A stretch of 63,820 bases of DNA, filler included, from Octopus bimaculoides (lineage: Eukaryota), in assembly GCF_001194135.2 (NCBI RefSeq). It is 7 parts of 7 records of this genome, joined end to end, with 100 filler letters (N's around TTAATTAATTAA, not from the genome) between each part and the next. Parts side by side here need not be neighbours in the genome. Positions count along the whole stretch, not along the records: positions 8,199 to 14,473 come from NC_069003.1; positions 14,574 to 19,404 come from NC_068986.1; positions 19,505 to 45,212 come from NC_068988.1; 4 more parts are not named here. One strand, given 5' to 3'. Position 1 is the stretch's first letter, and the number at the start of each line of letters is the position of its first letter. Positions 12,330 through 24,996 of the stretch are shown one piece after another. Made by a program: the position numbers and the translations under genes. The notes below the pieces were generated by a model that was not told the DNA's origin, searched no databases, and worked only from the letters and a program-made list of their open reading frames with translations.

Positions 12330-13260
12330 GGGGGTCATGGTGGAATTAAGGTAGTAGATTTGGTCTTAGTATTTGTGGAAATGCTACTATGATTGACATG
12401 GTGTTGGTCAGTTGTATTGGTGGTGATGTGGCAGTGGTGGTGGTGGTGTGTTGGTTGGTGATGTGTTATCATTTGTGGTGGTGGTATTGATGTTGCTGGT
12501 GGTGGTATGGGTGGTGGTGGTGTTGTTGATGTTGATTTCGTGGTTGCTGATGTGGTAATATTGGTGATGTGTTTGTATTCGTGGTGGCTGGTTTGGTGGT
12601 GGTTGTTGGTGGTGTCAGGGTTGATGGTCTGATGGTGATGTGTCATTGATGATGTGTTGGTATTAGTTTGGTTGGAGTTTCCTTGATAGGTTTCTAAGAA
12701 GTGATATATTGATATTGGTGATAAGGTGGTAGTGGTGTTGATTTTGGTGGTGGTGGTGGTAGTAGTAGTGGTGTTGGTGGTAGTAGTAGTGGTGTTGGTG
12801 GTAGTAGTGGTGGTAGCAGTGGTGTTGGTGAAGGTCAGGTAGGTGGGTTTGTTCTATAGCAGTCATGTGGTATTGACGGTATTGAAGGAGGCAGTGATTG
12901 TAGTAATTGTAGTGGTGGTGGTGATGGTGGTGGTGGTGTTGGTGGCGATGGTGGTGATGGTGGTGGCGGTGGCGGCAGTGGTGGTGGTGGTGGTGGTAGT
13001 AGTATTAGTGGTGTTGGTGGTGGGGATTGTGGTGGTGGTGGTGGTGTTGGTGGCGATGGTNNNNNNNNNNNNNNNNNNNNNNNNNNNNNNNNNNNNNNNN
13101 NNNNNNNNNNNNNNNNNNNNNNNNNNNNNNNNNNNNNNNNNNNNNNNNNNNNNNNNNNNNNNNNNNNNNNNNNNNNNNNNNNNNNNNTAGTGGTGTTGGT
13201 GGTGGTGGTGGTGGTGGTGGTAGTGGTGGTAGTGGTGGTGGTGGTAGTGGTGGTGATGGT
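12330..13260. repeat. (GGT/GAT/TGT)n low-complexity tract
   Basis: Direct reading; includes an N gap. Confidence 0.9.
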
Positions 13261-13663
13261 AACAGTTGGAACACGTCACAGCAAACATGCTGGCGTGTTT
13301 CTCAGTAGCACAGGTGTTACCCTCTGCAATATGGATCAACATCACATGTCTATGAGTATACATGTGTATGTATGTATGTATGCCTTTATGTATATATATA
13401 TTAATGTATGTGTGTGCCTGTGTCTGTGTGCTTATGTTTATGTTGTCACGCACGTGTATCAGTACACGTGTAAATATACGTGCACTGTAGACGTGGTAGA
13501 GCCAAATGGTCAAAAAGTTTGTTTCCTAATCATGGTTGTTCTACCTACCAGAAACATTAACCAAATCTTCCCTTAAGTTCCATTCTGCATTGTGCTGCAG
13601 GGGTTTCTGTCACATATAAGTTGTTTTGTTGTTTTTTTTTGTTTTTTTTTTGTCTATAAGAAG

Positions 13664-14413
13664 GACTGGTTAATCCTGTCTTTGTTTCTGAAGAAAGGGA
13701 ATATTGGCAGGGCTCTTCATGACCATTTCAGAGAGACAGAGAAAGAGAAAGAAAGGAGAAAGAGAAAGAAAGGAGAAAGAAAAGAAGAGAGAGAGAGAAA
13801 GATGAGAGAGGGTGAAGAGAGGGAGCAGGGCAAGGAAAACAAAGAGAGGAGGAGAAAGGGAAAGAGAGAGAAGAGAAAGAGGAGAAAGAAAAGGAGAAAG
13901 ATAGATCATACTGAAGCAGACTGACAAAAAGAAAAGAATCGATACCAGTACATGACTGGTACATTGCCTATCAAACCTGTAATGATGAAAAACAAACTTA
14001 ACCTGGCTTTGGACGAATTTGAAACCAAAGTACAGAGAGCCAGAGTTTGGCACATTAAATGAGTAAAATAGACTCATTTCATAATAAAAAAGGTAGGATG
14101 GTCACAGTTGGAATGTTTTTCATCGTGGGTCTGACCAGACGGAGTTCATCTGTGGCTAAATAATGTCTCTGTTGTCATCATTGTCATCAAGAAAAGAATG
14201 TTTATTAGACTGTACATGTGTATTTTAGATGACTATTCTGACTCTATCTAGATACAATTGTTTCATACATCACTCCTGTCTTACACTTCTTTTCTCTCAT
14301 CCTCTCTTTTTCTTTCTCCATCTCTCTCTCTTTCTCTGTCTCTCTGAAATGGTCATGAAGAGCCCCTGACCAATATTCCCTTTCTTCAGAAACAAAGAAA
14401 GGATTAACCAGTC
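13664..14413. repeat. ~85-bp inverted repeat pair (13664-13748 / 14327-14413)
   Basis: GACTGGTTAATCCT..GAAGAAAGGGAATATTGG..CTCTTCATGACCATTTCAGAGAGACAGAG and its reverse complement; only a few differences. Confidence 0.9.
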
Positions 14414-14650
14414 TGGAGTCTGGTGCAGCCTTCCAGCTTGCCAGCCCTGATGATGATGATGGTATATATATATNNNNNNNNNNNNNNNNNNNNNNNNNNN
14501 NNNNNNNNNNNNNNNNNTTAATTAATTAANNNNNNNNNNNNNNNNNNNNNNNNNNNNNNNNNNNNNNNNNNNNTTTCATTTGTCAGATGTTTATCTTTGT
14601 ATTTCGCGCATCGAATCTATCAGCTATCTTTCATCTTTTATCTTCAGTCT

Positions 14651-14875
14651 TACGGGGAGGTACCGAAAAGTTCCTGGCTTTGATTAAAAGAAAACACAGA
14701 AGGATCAGCAGGTTATTATGATTTTATTCAACATATTACCCTTTCTCTGATTCACACATTTACTTCAGCAGTCCTTCAGTTTTTCTAAGCCCTGTAAAAG
14801 AACTCGGAAGTTTGGGCCTCCAACCAGGCCTTTCGCGACACCCTCAAAGCCAGGAACTTTTCAGCACCCCTCGTA
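14651..14875. mobile_element. Mariner-type MITE, 225 bp
   Basis: ~30-bp TIRs TACGGGGAGGTACCGAAAAGTTCCTGGCTTT / AAAGCCAGGAACTTTTCAGCACCCCTCGTA, with TA at both ends. Confidence 0.85.
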
Positions 14876-16058
14876 CACTTGTTTCAGTCACTGAACTGCG
14901 GTCATGCTGGAGCACAGAGTTGAAAAGCTTTAGTCGGAGAAAACGAATCCACTGCTTTTTTTTGTTTTTGTGTGGTACTTATTCTACCCGCTAAGCTACG
15001 GGGACGTAAACAAACCAACACCAGTTGTCATGTGATGGTAACGGGAAGACACAAACACAAACAAAGGCACACACATGCATATACACGCACATATATACGA
15101 CGAGCTTCCGTACAGTTTCTGTCTAACAAATCCACTCACATGACTTGAATCATGTTGGGCTTACAGCAGAAGACACCTGCTCAAGCTGCTAAACTGTGAG
15201 ACTGAACTTGAAACCCTGTTATCGCGAAGCAAACTTCTTACCCCATGGCCATATCTGTGCCTATCTATATGTTCATTTTAATGTTATGTTCAGTTCGACG
15301 AGTTTCCGAACAGTTTCGTTCTGCTCATTTTAATTTTCATTAGGTAAGGCTAGGTGGTTTTGAATCTCGCTTTGCAACCATGTGGTTTTGGGGTCTTTCC
15401 TAAAGTGCGGCACCTGGGCAAGTGTCTTCTACTATAGACCCGGGTCGATCAATGTCGACCTGTGGCTATAGTAGAAGGCACATGCTAAGGTGCTGCGTGG
15501 AGGGACTGAACCAGAAACCACTAGTCTTGCAAAGCAATCTCCTTAATCACACAACCACGTCTACGCCTAGTTTACAAAAGCTGCAATAATTTCAGTCTTG
15601 AATGGCTTACACCTATCTTCGCTTCCCTGGAAAATAATTTCACCAGATCTAAGCATCGGAATCATTCTCAAGATAAGATGACAAAATTTCTAATTGGACG
15701 GTATTTCAATGCTCAGAAATTTCCAGAAACCGAATGATACAACGGTCTTAATATCATATCTTCACAACGAACCTAGCTATAAGAAGCCATTGGAAAACGC
15801 TATTTTATGAAAATGTATCTGGTAAATTTGAATACAGACACAGAGCCTTGAATGGAAATATGATCAGGTCACTGATATCAGGTACTCTAAGATATTACTG
15901 TAATAAACAGATATGGCGTAAAACGGAATGTTAGTGCTCATTGCAATTACCGACGCCTTCTCTTTTACCTGTCTCTCGTTCCCCCTTTTTGTATGTCTGC
16001 ATCTCTCTTAATATCACTCTTTCTATCTAGCTCTTCCGATCTACATGCATATCTGTCA

Positions 16059-16102
<44 letters not shown>

Positions 16103-17334
16103 GCCTGTCTGCCTGCCTGCCTGTCTGTCTGTCTACCTGGCTGTCTACCTGGATGTCTGCCTATCTGTCTGTCTGTCTGCCTATCTGTCTATCTGCCTGT
16201 CTTTGTTAATTTAACGTAGTTTTTATAGAGCCGTGAAAGTTCTATCGTGTAGCTATCGACCATTACCATCATCAGCACACTGCCGCCACCATCACCTCCA
16301 CCACCTCCACCACCNNNNNNNNNNNNNNNNNNNNNNNNNNNNNNNNNNNNNNNNNNNNNNNNNNNNNNNNNNNNNNNNNNNNNNNNNNNNNNNNNNNNNN
16401 NNNNNNNNNNNNNNNNNNNNNNNNNNNNNNNNNNNNNNNNNNNNNNNNNNNNNNNNNNNNNNNNNNNNNNNNNNNNNNNNNNNNNNNNNNNNNNNNNNNN
16501 NNNNNNNNNNNNNNNNNNNNNNNNNNNNNNNNNNNNNNNNNNNNNNNNNNNNNNNNNNNNNNNNNNNNNNNNNNNNNNNNNNNNNNNNNNNNNNNNNNNN
16601 NNNNNNNNNNNNNNNNNNNNNNNNNNNNNNNNNNNNNNNNNNNNNNNNNNNNNNNNNNNNNNNNNNNNNNNNNNNNNNNNNNNNNNNNNNNNNNNNNNNN
16701 NNNNNNNNNNNNNNNNNNNNNNNNNNNNNNNNNNNNNNNNNNNNNNNNNNNNNNNNNNNNNNNNNNNNNNNNNNNNNNNNNNNNNNNNNNNNNNNNNNNN
16801 NNNNNNNNNNNNNNNNNNNNNNNNNNNNNNNNNNNNNNNNNNNNNNNNNNNNNNNNNNNNNNNNNNNNNNNNNNNNNNNNNNNNNNNNNNNNNNNNNNNN
16901 NNNNNNNNNNNNNNNNNNNNNNNNNNNNNNNNNNNNNNNNNNNNNNNNNNNNNNNNNNNNNNNNNNNNNNNNNNNNNNNNNNNNNNNNNNNNNNNNNNNN
17001 NNNNNNNNNNNNNNNNNNNNNNNNNNNNNNNNNNNNNNNNNNNNNNNNNNNNNNNNNNNNNNNNNNNNNNNNNNNNNNNNNNNNNNNNNNNNNNNNNNNN
17101 NNNAGTTGTCTTCAAATTCCCTCGGTGGAATTTGAACTAAGAACACGGAGAGGCGGAACATTTACTGCCCGGCATTCCACCCGATGATTCAAAAGACTCT
17201 CCCAGATTGATGTTATATAATTTTAAAACCCTTCATACAACCCCGACCAGAGTAACAATCGGAGTCCTACGCATATCGTTATAATCATACAAAGTCTCAT
17301 CCTTGATCGTGATTTGTGCAATAGTTAAAATATG

Positions 17335-17610
17335 AAGGTGTGTGGCTTAGTGGTTATAATATTCGGCTCATGATCATAAGGTCGCGAGTTCGATTGTCCG
17401 CGGCGCGATTCTCGGCAAGACACTTTATTTTATATTGTTCTAGTCCACTCAGCTGGCAAAAATGAGTAGTATCTGTATTTCATTGTCACAATTTGTGTCA
17501 CGTTGAATTTCCCTGGGAAATACGTTAAGGGTACACGTGTCTGTGGAGTACTCAGCCACTTGCACGTCAATTTCACGAGTAGGCTGTTCCGTTGATCGGA
17601 TCAACTGGAA
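17335..17610 (+). mobile_element. tRNA-derived SINE family D
   Basis: A box GTGGCTTAGTGG, B box GAGTTCGATT, core GGCAAGACACTTTATTT..CCACTCAGCTGGCAAAAATGAG. Related copies at 56533-56778 (+), 47222-47350 (-) and 49995-50165 (+). Confidence 0.8.
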
Positions 17611-17629
17611 TCCCTGGACAGCAACTTGT

Positions 17630-17830
17630 TGTCAAGTGACTCACAAGGTCTCCTTTCCCGATTCTTAACACCCAATTGCTAATCTCAAAATCCTCGTTGT
17701 CTTCAAAAGAGTTTTTTGAGCATCTTCTATTCTCATATCATTGTGGCATTTCCAGGAGTAGCCTTTGGAAGTCTCCCTTTTTAGGGCATTTAATTGTTAT
17801 AACTTACACTGTTTTTCCTTATTTACACAG
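17630..17830 (-). mobile_element. Decayed Helitron Pif1-helicase fragment
   Basis: GDFQRLL, NDMRI and SNWVLRIGKG resemble the GDFRQ.LP, NMR and WLL.IG.G motifs, in broken frames. Confidence 0.4.
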
Positions 17831-17908
17831 TCCAATCCCATTCGTTTTGTATTGTCCTGTAGCGTCCCAATCTTTTATATGAACCTCCAGTGTTTAATAA
17901 AGAAAATA

Positions 17909-17964
<56 letters not shown>

Positions 17965-17966
<2 letters not shown>

Positions 17967-18141
17967 GGCTTCGAGCTACGAAATCTTTAGCACGCCGGGC
18001 AAAATACTTTCATTTTGCGTTTGCCATTTATCCTTTTGCGGTCGATAAAATGAATACCAGTTAAACACTGGTGTCGATATAATCGACTTATCCCCTCCTC
18101 CGAAACTGCTGGCATTGTGCCAAAATTCTTCNNNNNNNNNN

Positions 18142-18205
<64 letters not shown>

Positions 18206-18720
18206 CATTATTATTATTAGGTAGCGAGCTGGCAGAATCTTAAGCACGCCGGGGAAAATGTTTAGCCGATATTTCGTCTGCCGCTATGTTCTGAGTTCAA
18301 ATTCCGCCTAGGTCGACTTTGCCTTTCACCCTTTCGGGGTCGATTAAATAAGTACCAGTTACGCACTGAGGTCGATGTAATCGACTTAATCCCCTCCCCG
18401 AAGCTGCCCTTGTGTCAAAAATTTGAAATCATCATCATCATTAATATTATTATTATTGTTGTTGTTGTTGTTGTTGTTGTTATTATTATTATCATCATTA
18501 CCATCATCATCATCATCATCATCATTATTATTGTTGTTATCAAGGCGGTGAGCTGGTAGAACTATTAGCATGCATTTCTTTCGATCTTGTGTTCTGAATT
18601 CAAATTCAGCCGAGGTCGACTTTGCCTTACATTCTTTCCAGGTCGATAAAAATAAATACCAGTTGAAGAGTGTGGTTGATCTAATTGTTAACATTCTCTC
18701 CTAAAATTTCAGGCCTCATT
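17965..18720 (+). mobile_element. Three head-to-tail copies of tRNA-derived SINE family C
   Basis: Copies at about 17965-18130, 18220-18425 and 18543-18720 share GAGCTGGCAGAA..GTTCTGAGTTCAAATTCCGCC.AGGTCGACTTTGCC..GTCGAT.AAAT.AGTACCAG. Other copies at 29565-29745 (+), 31005-31200 (-), 52290-52515 (-) and 54110-54305 (-). Confidence 0.85.
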
Positions 18721-19016
18721 TAAAAACCTTATTGTATTGCAGAATACACGCCTGAGGTTATTTCCCTTCAGCCATATTGCCGATACTGAAAACGTCTGCT
18801 TGTCAACAGGAGCAGGAAATAGATAGAGGCAACTGTGTTTAAGTATATAGAAGAGACACATAGACAATCACGTGATATTTGATATGAGTTTAACAGCAGA
18901 CATTTTTCGACATGCGAAACTCTGGAAAATATGCTAATGACAACGGCCGTATGAGGAAAGTATGTTGTCAGGCTTCTTCTCTGAACAGGTCATATGATGC
19001 CGTAGCCATATATTAA

Positions 19017-19054
<38 letters not shown>

Positions 19055-19312
19055 TGTGTACGCCTGCATATATGTGTGCAGATATATATGTATCCACGTT
19101 TGTACACATGCGCATGTAAGCGTACAAACACATACAGGCACATACACATATGATTGTGTGCATACAAATACATACCTCTGTATATACATTTGCATATAGA
19201 CATAAACATGTGTATATATATATATGAGTGTGTGTGCATATGTGCATGTGTGTGTGTATATATACATCTTGTATGCATGCATATTTTTGTATTTGTATAT
19301 ATGTATATATAC

Positions 19313-19349
<37 letters not shown>

Positions 19350-19842
19350 CATGCATAAATATATACATGTATATGCATACATATACATACTCTCTCCATA
19401 TATANNNNNNNNNNNNNNNNNNNNNNNNNNNNNNNNNNNNNNNNNNNNTTAATTAATTAANNNNNNNNNNNNNNNNNNNNNNNNNNNNNNNNNNNNNNNN
19501 NNNNTATATATATATATATATATGTGGGCACGAGCCAGCACACATGTTTATGTGTGTTTCAGAATAATGCATAAGATATACATGTGTGCATGTGTGTATC
19601 TTTGTATGTATGCTTCTGTATATTTTTGTGTATGTACATAGGAATACACATACGCAGAGACAAAAATAGCTTTATCAATGTTTAGATATTTACGTCACGA
19701 GGCCATACACACACACACACACGTACACATATACATACGCGCGCATACATACACATATACATACGCACGCCCACAGAAATATATACATATAGTCTTACAT
19801 ACATAGAAAGAGAAATACATACGTACATATGTATGCATGTAT

Positions 19843-19873
<31 letters not shown>

Positions 19874-19874
19874 T

Positions 19875-19923
<49 letters not shown>

Positions 19924-19996
19924 CAGACAGTCAGACAGATAGACTGACAGACAGACAGACATACAGACTGACAGATATATAGATAGACATACAGAT

Positions 19997-20076
<80 letters not shown>

Positions 20077-20357
20077 CATGTATATTTATGAAAGTTTTCT
20101 GTCATGCTGAACACGTGCCAATAGCTTATTTTAGATTTCAGGTATATGCATGTTTGAAGTACAGGTGACACACGGAAGTTGTAACTTACTGTGCATTTCC
20201 AACTGATGGGTCAACACATGCTGCCACTGTTTCATTGCCATCAGACTTTCAAGAGATCGAATAACACATGAGGTCACCATAAAGAGACATTTGTATGTCA
20301 GTGTATTATAGATGAACACTTTTATATGCAGAGAGTGAGAGAGAGAGAGAAAAAACA

Positions 20358-20391
<34 letters not shown>

Positions 20392-20392
<1 letters not shown>

Positions 20393-20985
20393 AGCAACGG
20401 AGTCTGGTCTTCAAGGAGAGAGATGGCACTGGAGTCGCTACCAGAAGGCTGTCACTGAATGTGAACCTTCACAATTACCCGTACAAGATGCTCAAGGAAC
20501 ACATCCAAGGTCAAAGTGAACCGCTTCACGAAGGCAAAAATGTTCTTCAACAAGCTGGGAATCCTTTTCAGGTGCAACATCCCGAACAAGTGGGTTGCCT
20601 ACAATTCCTGGGATAAAATTGACGATTTTTTTATGTCCCATAATTCTCCTGATTCTAATCCCATATATTAGTATGTGTGGAACACAATTGAAAAAGTCTC
20701 TAACCAAACTGTCTGCAATACTGATGCCGAAATGGTGACCTCAATCAAAGAGTTGTTCGAAGATCTTCCTAAGAGTACAGTAAGGAACGCGTGCATCTGA
20801 TTACAGAGCTATCCTGAGGCCGTGATACAGCTGAGGGTTGCTAGTTAGAGGATACTATTATCTCCTAGCCAAATTCTAGTTGATATTTTATTTTTTTTTT
20901 TCAAATAAACTTATTTTTAGATGGGATTTTGTGTTTCATTTTCTGTTTATGTGAACTGTCAAAATTAGTCCGAACACTCTCTGTG
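20392..20985 (+). mobile_element. Tc1/mariner (maT/DD37D-like) transposase C-terminal fossil with a TIR-like end
   Basis: NSPDSNPIY*YVWNTIEKVSN..NTDAEMVTSIKELFEDLPK.TVRNAC resembles SPDLNPLDY.VW; ends aaattagtccgaacactc. Confidence 0.65.
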
Positions 20986-23900
20986 TGTGCATGTAAATAC
21001 AGACACGTGTATATGAGAACATTTATATAAACAAACATTGAAGCACCGGGTGGTGGGGTTGGTTTTTAGGAATGAAGAAAATCTCGAAACTTTTCAGGAG
21101 AATAGCATCACTAGTGGAACTTTCTTGTCAATTATTGCAAAACTACTGAATAGAAATTCACCTTGGAGGAAGCTGATAGTCGGATGTTGGTGTAGTTATT
21201 TCCCTTTCTGTTGGAACTCTCTCGTGAGTCTACAATTATGGCAGTTTCACTGAAAAAACATGTGACAGAAGTACATGATTAAGATGTAATTAAATTTCAT
21301 GTATTGAGTGTTGTGTGGAGTTGAAATCTAGGTACATTGCTGCATTAGACATTCAAATAGGTGTTCTCATCTTTCATCTCTGTTCGCCTCACTACGAGGG
21401 AAAAAGCATCAGAACACAACATCATTATCCAGGTCGGATAAAAACAACTCAAACCTAGGACAATTTTTGATACCTCTTTCATTGAATCTGAATGCTATTG
21501 GTTCAGATAATATGTCTAAAGATAACGTTGATGTTATATATTGTATGGTCCTGATTCTGATGATGAAAGCTGTGTTTGATACCCTAGGATGGAGAAAGCC
21601 ACAAAATGAGAGTTGGTTTAATGAATCTACTGAACACATCTGTCCTAATTTAGTGGACAAAAATAGAGATAAACATACCCATCTGGTAATACCTTTATTA
21701 AGGTAAATTCTGCAACGATAATGTCAACAATGATTAGAAGCTCAGCGAAGGCCTCAAACTTTTCAAAAGAAATGATGCAAAGAAAAGAACAGGAGCTAAG
21801 ATGCTCCATGATGCAAATATATTATTTAAGTTCTATGACGGGGATCGAAACCGTTAGCAAACCTTCGCAATGTGCTTGTCTCTCGGGACCGTTTTTCTGT
21901 TGGAATATCTCGATCAAACATACGGGTAGAATTTCTGAAGAAGTGGCTGAGCGCTCCTGTCTTTACAATCAACCAATCTTACAACACCGCAGATATGGAA
22001 GAAACTGTGAGATTACCATAACTCCCTTACTTTGATAATTGTCAAACAAGTAATAAAATACGTAAAGCTATTCAATAGCTGAATAGCTATAATGCTCTGC
22101 CTTTTTTGGCATTCTGTTTGAAATCTATAAGTGTTGTGATATAAAGTTAGCAACTGGGGTTCGTAAAATATTTCTATATCTTAGAAAGTCACCATCATAT
22201 TATCTACGTTGGTAATAAGCTAAAATTGTTGCCGAATATAACAAAGGAGGTAGATGTTCCTGTGCAATTAGACGAAGTTTCCCTCCGTCAAACGCATAAC
22301 ACTTGGAAAATTTCTAAGGAGAGTTCACTCAGAATCTCATTGTCGATAAGATTTTCATTTCTCGAATTTTCCTCGAAATATATAGTTCCCAACAAGGAGA
22401 TATACATTTTGTTTTTATATAAATCTTTTAAACGCCATTGATACAAACAAAATAAATACTTTGCGGAGCATATTAGTAAGAGAACAAGTATACCAAAGCA
22501 TTGGTGGAATGGAATCTAGGAAAGTTGATGGTAATTTGTGCAGAGCAGAATTTTGTTTTGCATTTCTCTTAGACCTTTATTTTGAAATGCACACCTTATG
22601 GCCAAATCTTCTCTCATAAGAATTGATATAAACTCAAATGATGGTGTTTTAAATCTTATAACAATTTGGATAATGGATATAAGTGCGATCCAAGACATTT
22701 ATTTTGGTTCTATTTGAATTCTCGTATGCAGTAAATCGGCTCCTGTTTCAAATGTGCCTCAATTCCTTCAGATCACTATTGTATCAATATTGAACTATTA
22801 CCTTCGCATCAGATTTATAATCAATATCCAAAATGCTGAAGTATTGCAGATAACTGAGATAATTAACACTGTAGTGAGATGTTTAGCATCAAGCACATAC
22901 ATCATTTCATGTATCTTGAAAGTATCGACTGGGTTTGAGAAAAATTCAAAACGCATGTCGAACTTTCTTCTGCATTTATGCTGCTAAAGAATAACATCTT
23001 TTATAATTAGGATCATCAACTTCAGACAAAGCAGGTAGTATACAGAGAATTCTACATATCTATGCGTGAATCCAACTCTCTATCGCCAGCAGGCGATGAT
23101 CATTCAATTATTTCACAAACCGCACATTTTAAAACATACTTTAACTAACATGCATGGATAAAAACCCTCACATACACAAAGATAGAATCAGCAAATAAAA
23201 TTTATGTCGGGGCGTCAATCTTAGAATGACGATTTCCATGGTTTTCACACGTCAACACGTTGTCCAAAAGGTGTTTTGAAAATATTCTACCATCAAGATT
23301 GCGGGCGGGGAATCTTTCCATGTCGGGTAAAATGTCTACACAAATAAAACATGAAAAAAGAAACGAACATTGAAAGCATACGTTCTTGTCAATTGCAGGC
23401 GATTATCTTGGAGTAAATTCATTTTAGAAGCTCGTTAATAGTTTGTAAGGCAATGTAGGAGAGGGGGTGAAATGATTTCGTTACCAATGGCGAGAAATCT
23501 GTCAACATTGACAATTCTTAGACAGCGAATTTTTATAAAAAAAAACAAAACAAATTACAATTCTGATTCTTTGACCTTTTCTAAATTCTTAGGGTCTCTA
23601 TCATCTTTAACAAAATCTTTAACACTGTATTCAGAGATATCTGTATTTATCGCTATGCTAACCTGCAAAATAAGTCTCCTAGTTCGCCATTGCATATATA
23701 ATGCACAATCATGTGTTCACTTCTGTTCTTATTTTTTATTCATTACCGACTTCATATTTGAATTTCTCCTACAATTCCGCGCTGATAGTGTTTTGGAATG
23801 TAAGAGATAAGTTTTCTGCAAGACACAACAATATTGCGAAGAATACATTTACTGTGCATTCCTTTGTACTGGCTTTCCTTGGATATTGTAACTACAGTTT

Positions 23901-23995
23901 GCACAGAGACTTAGTTAAATATGCACAAGCATTTGCATGCATATGCACATACAAACACACACACATACATACACACACACACACANNNNNNNNNN

Positions 23996-24035
<40 letters not shown>

Positions 24036-24300
24036 TACATATATACATATATACATGTACATATACATATGTATGTATGTATGTATGTGTGAGTGTGTGC
24101 ATGTGTGTATGTATGTATGCACGTATGTATGTATATTATATGACAGACAGACATGTATACTTCCCCTTCCGAATAGAAAAATATAAATTTACAGCGTTAT
24201 AAATAACTACGAAATTTTCGAGGTATATTTGTTTATCTTTTTTTTTTCTGAATTGAATCTTGTATTACGTTTCGATAAACATGAAAAGGAATAATAAAAT

Positions 24301-24387
<87 letters not shown>

Positions 24388-24959
24388 CACAGCAGAAATG
24401 AATAGTTCAGCGAGTACATTGGCATTCCCATTACGCTATTAGCAGGAAGTACACCTTCCGACTCATACGCGCTGACATATACTAGCATATATAGACATTA
24501 GTATGGAACTAAAATACATATACTTTTTTTTTAGTGTGTGTGTGTGTGTATGAATATACGCATGTACTTATATATATATATATATATATATATATNNNNN
24601 NNNNNNNNNNNNNNNNNNNNNNNNNNNNNNNNNNNNNNNNNNNNNNNNNNNNNNNNNNNNNNNNNNNNNNNNNNNNNNNNNNNNNNNNNNNNNNNNNNNN
24701 NNNNNNNNNNNNNNNNNNNNNNNNNNNNNNNNNNNNNNNNNNNNNNNNNNNNNNNNNNNNNNNNNNNNNNNNNNNNNNNNNNNNNNNNNNNNNNNNNNNN
24801 NNNNNNNNNNNNNNNNNNNNNNNNNNNNNNNNNNNNNNNNNNNNNNNNNNNNNNNNNNNNNNNNNNNNNNNNNNNNNNNNNNNNNNNNNNNNNNNNNNNN
24901 NNNNNNNNNNNNNNNNNNNNNNNNNNNNNNNNNNNNNNNNNNNNNNNNNNNNNNNNNNN

Positions 24960-24996
<37 letters not shown>

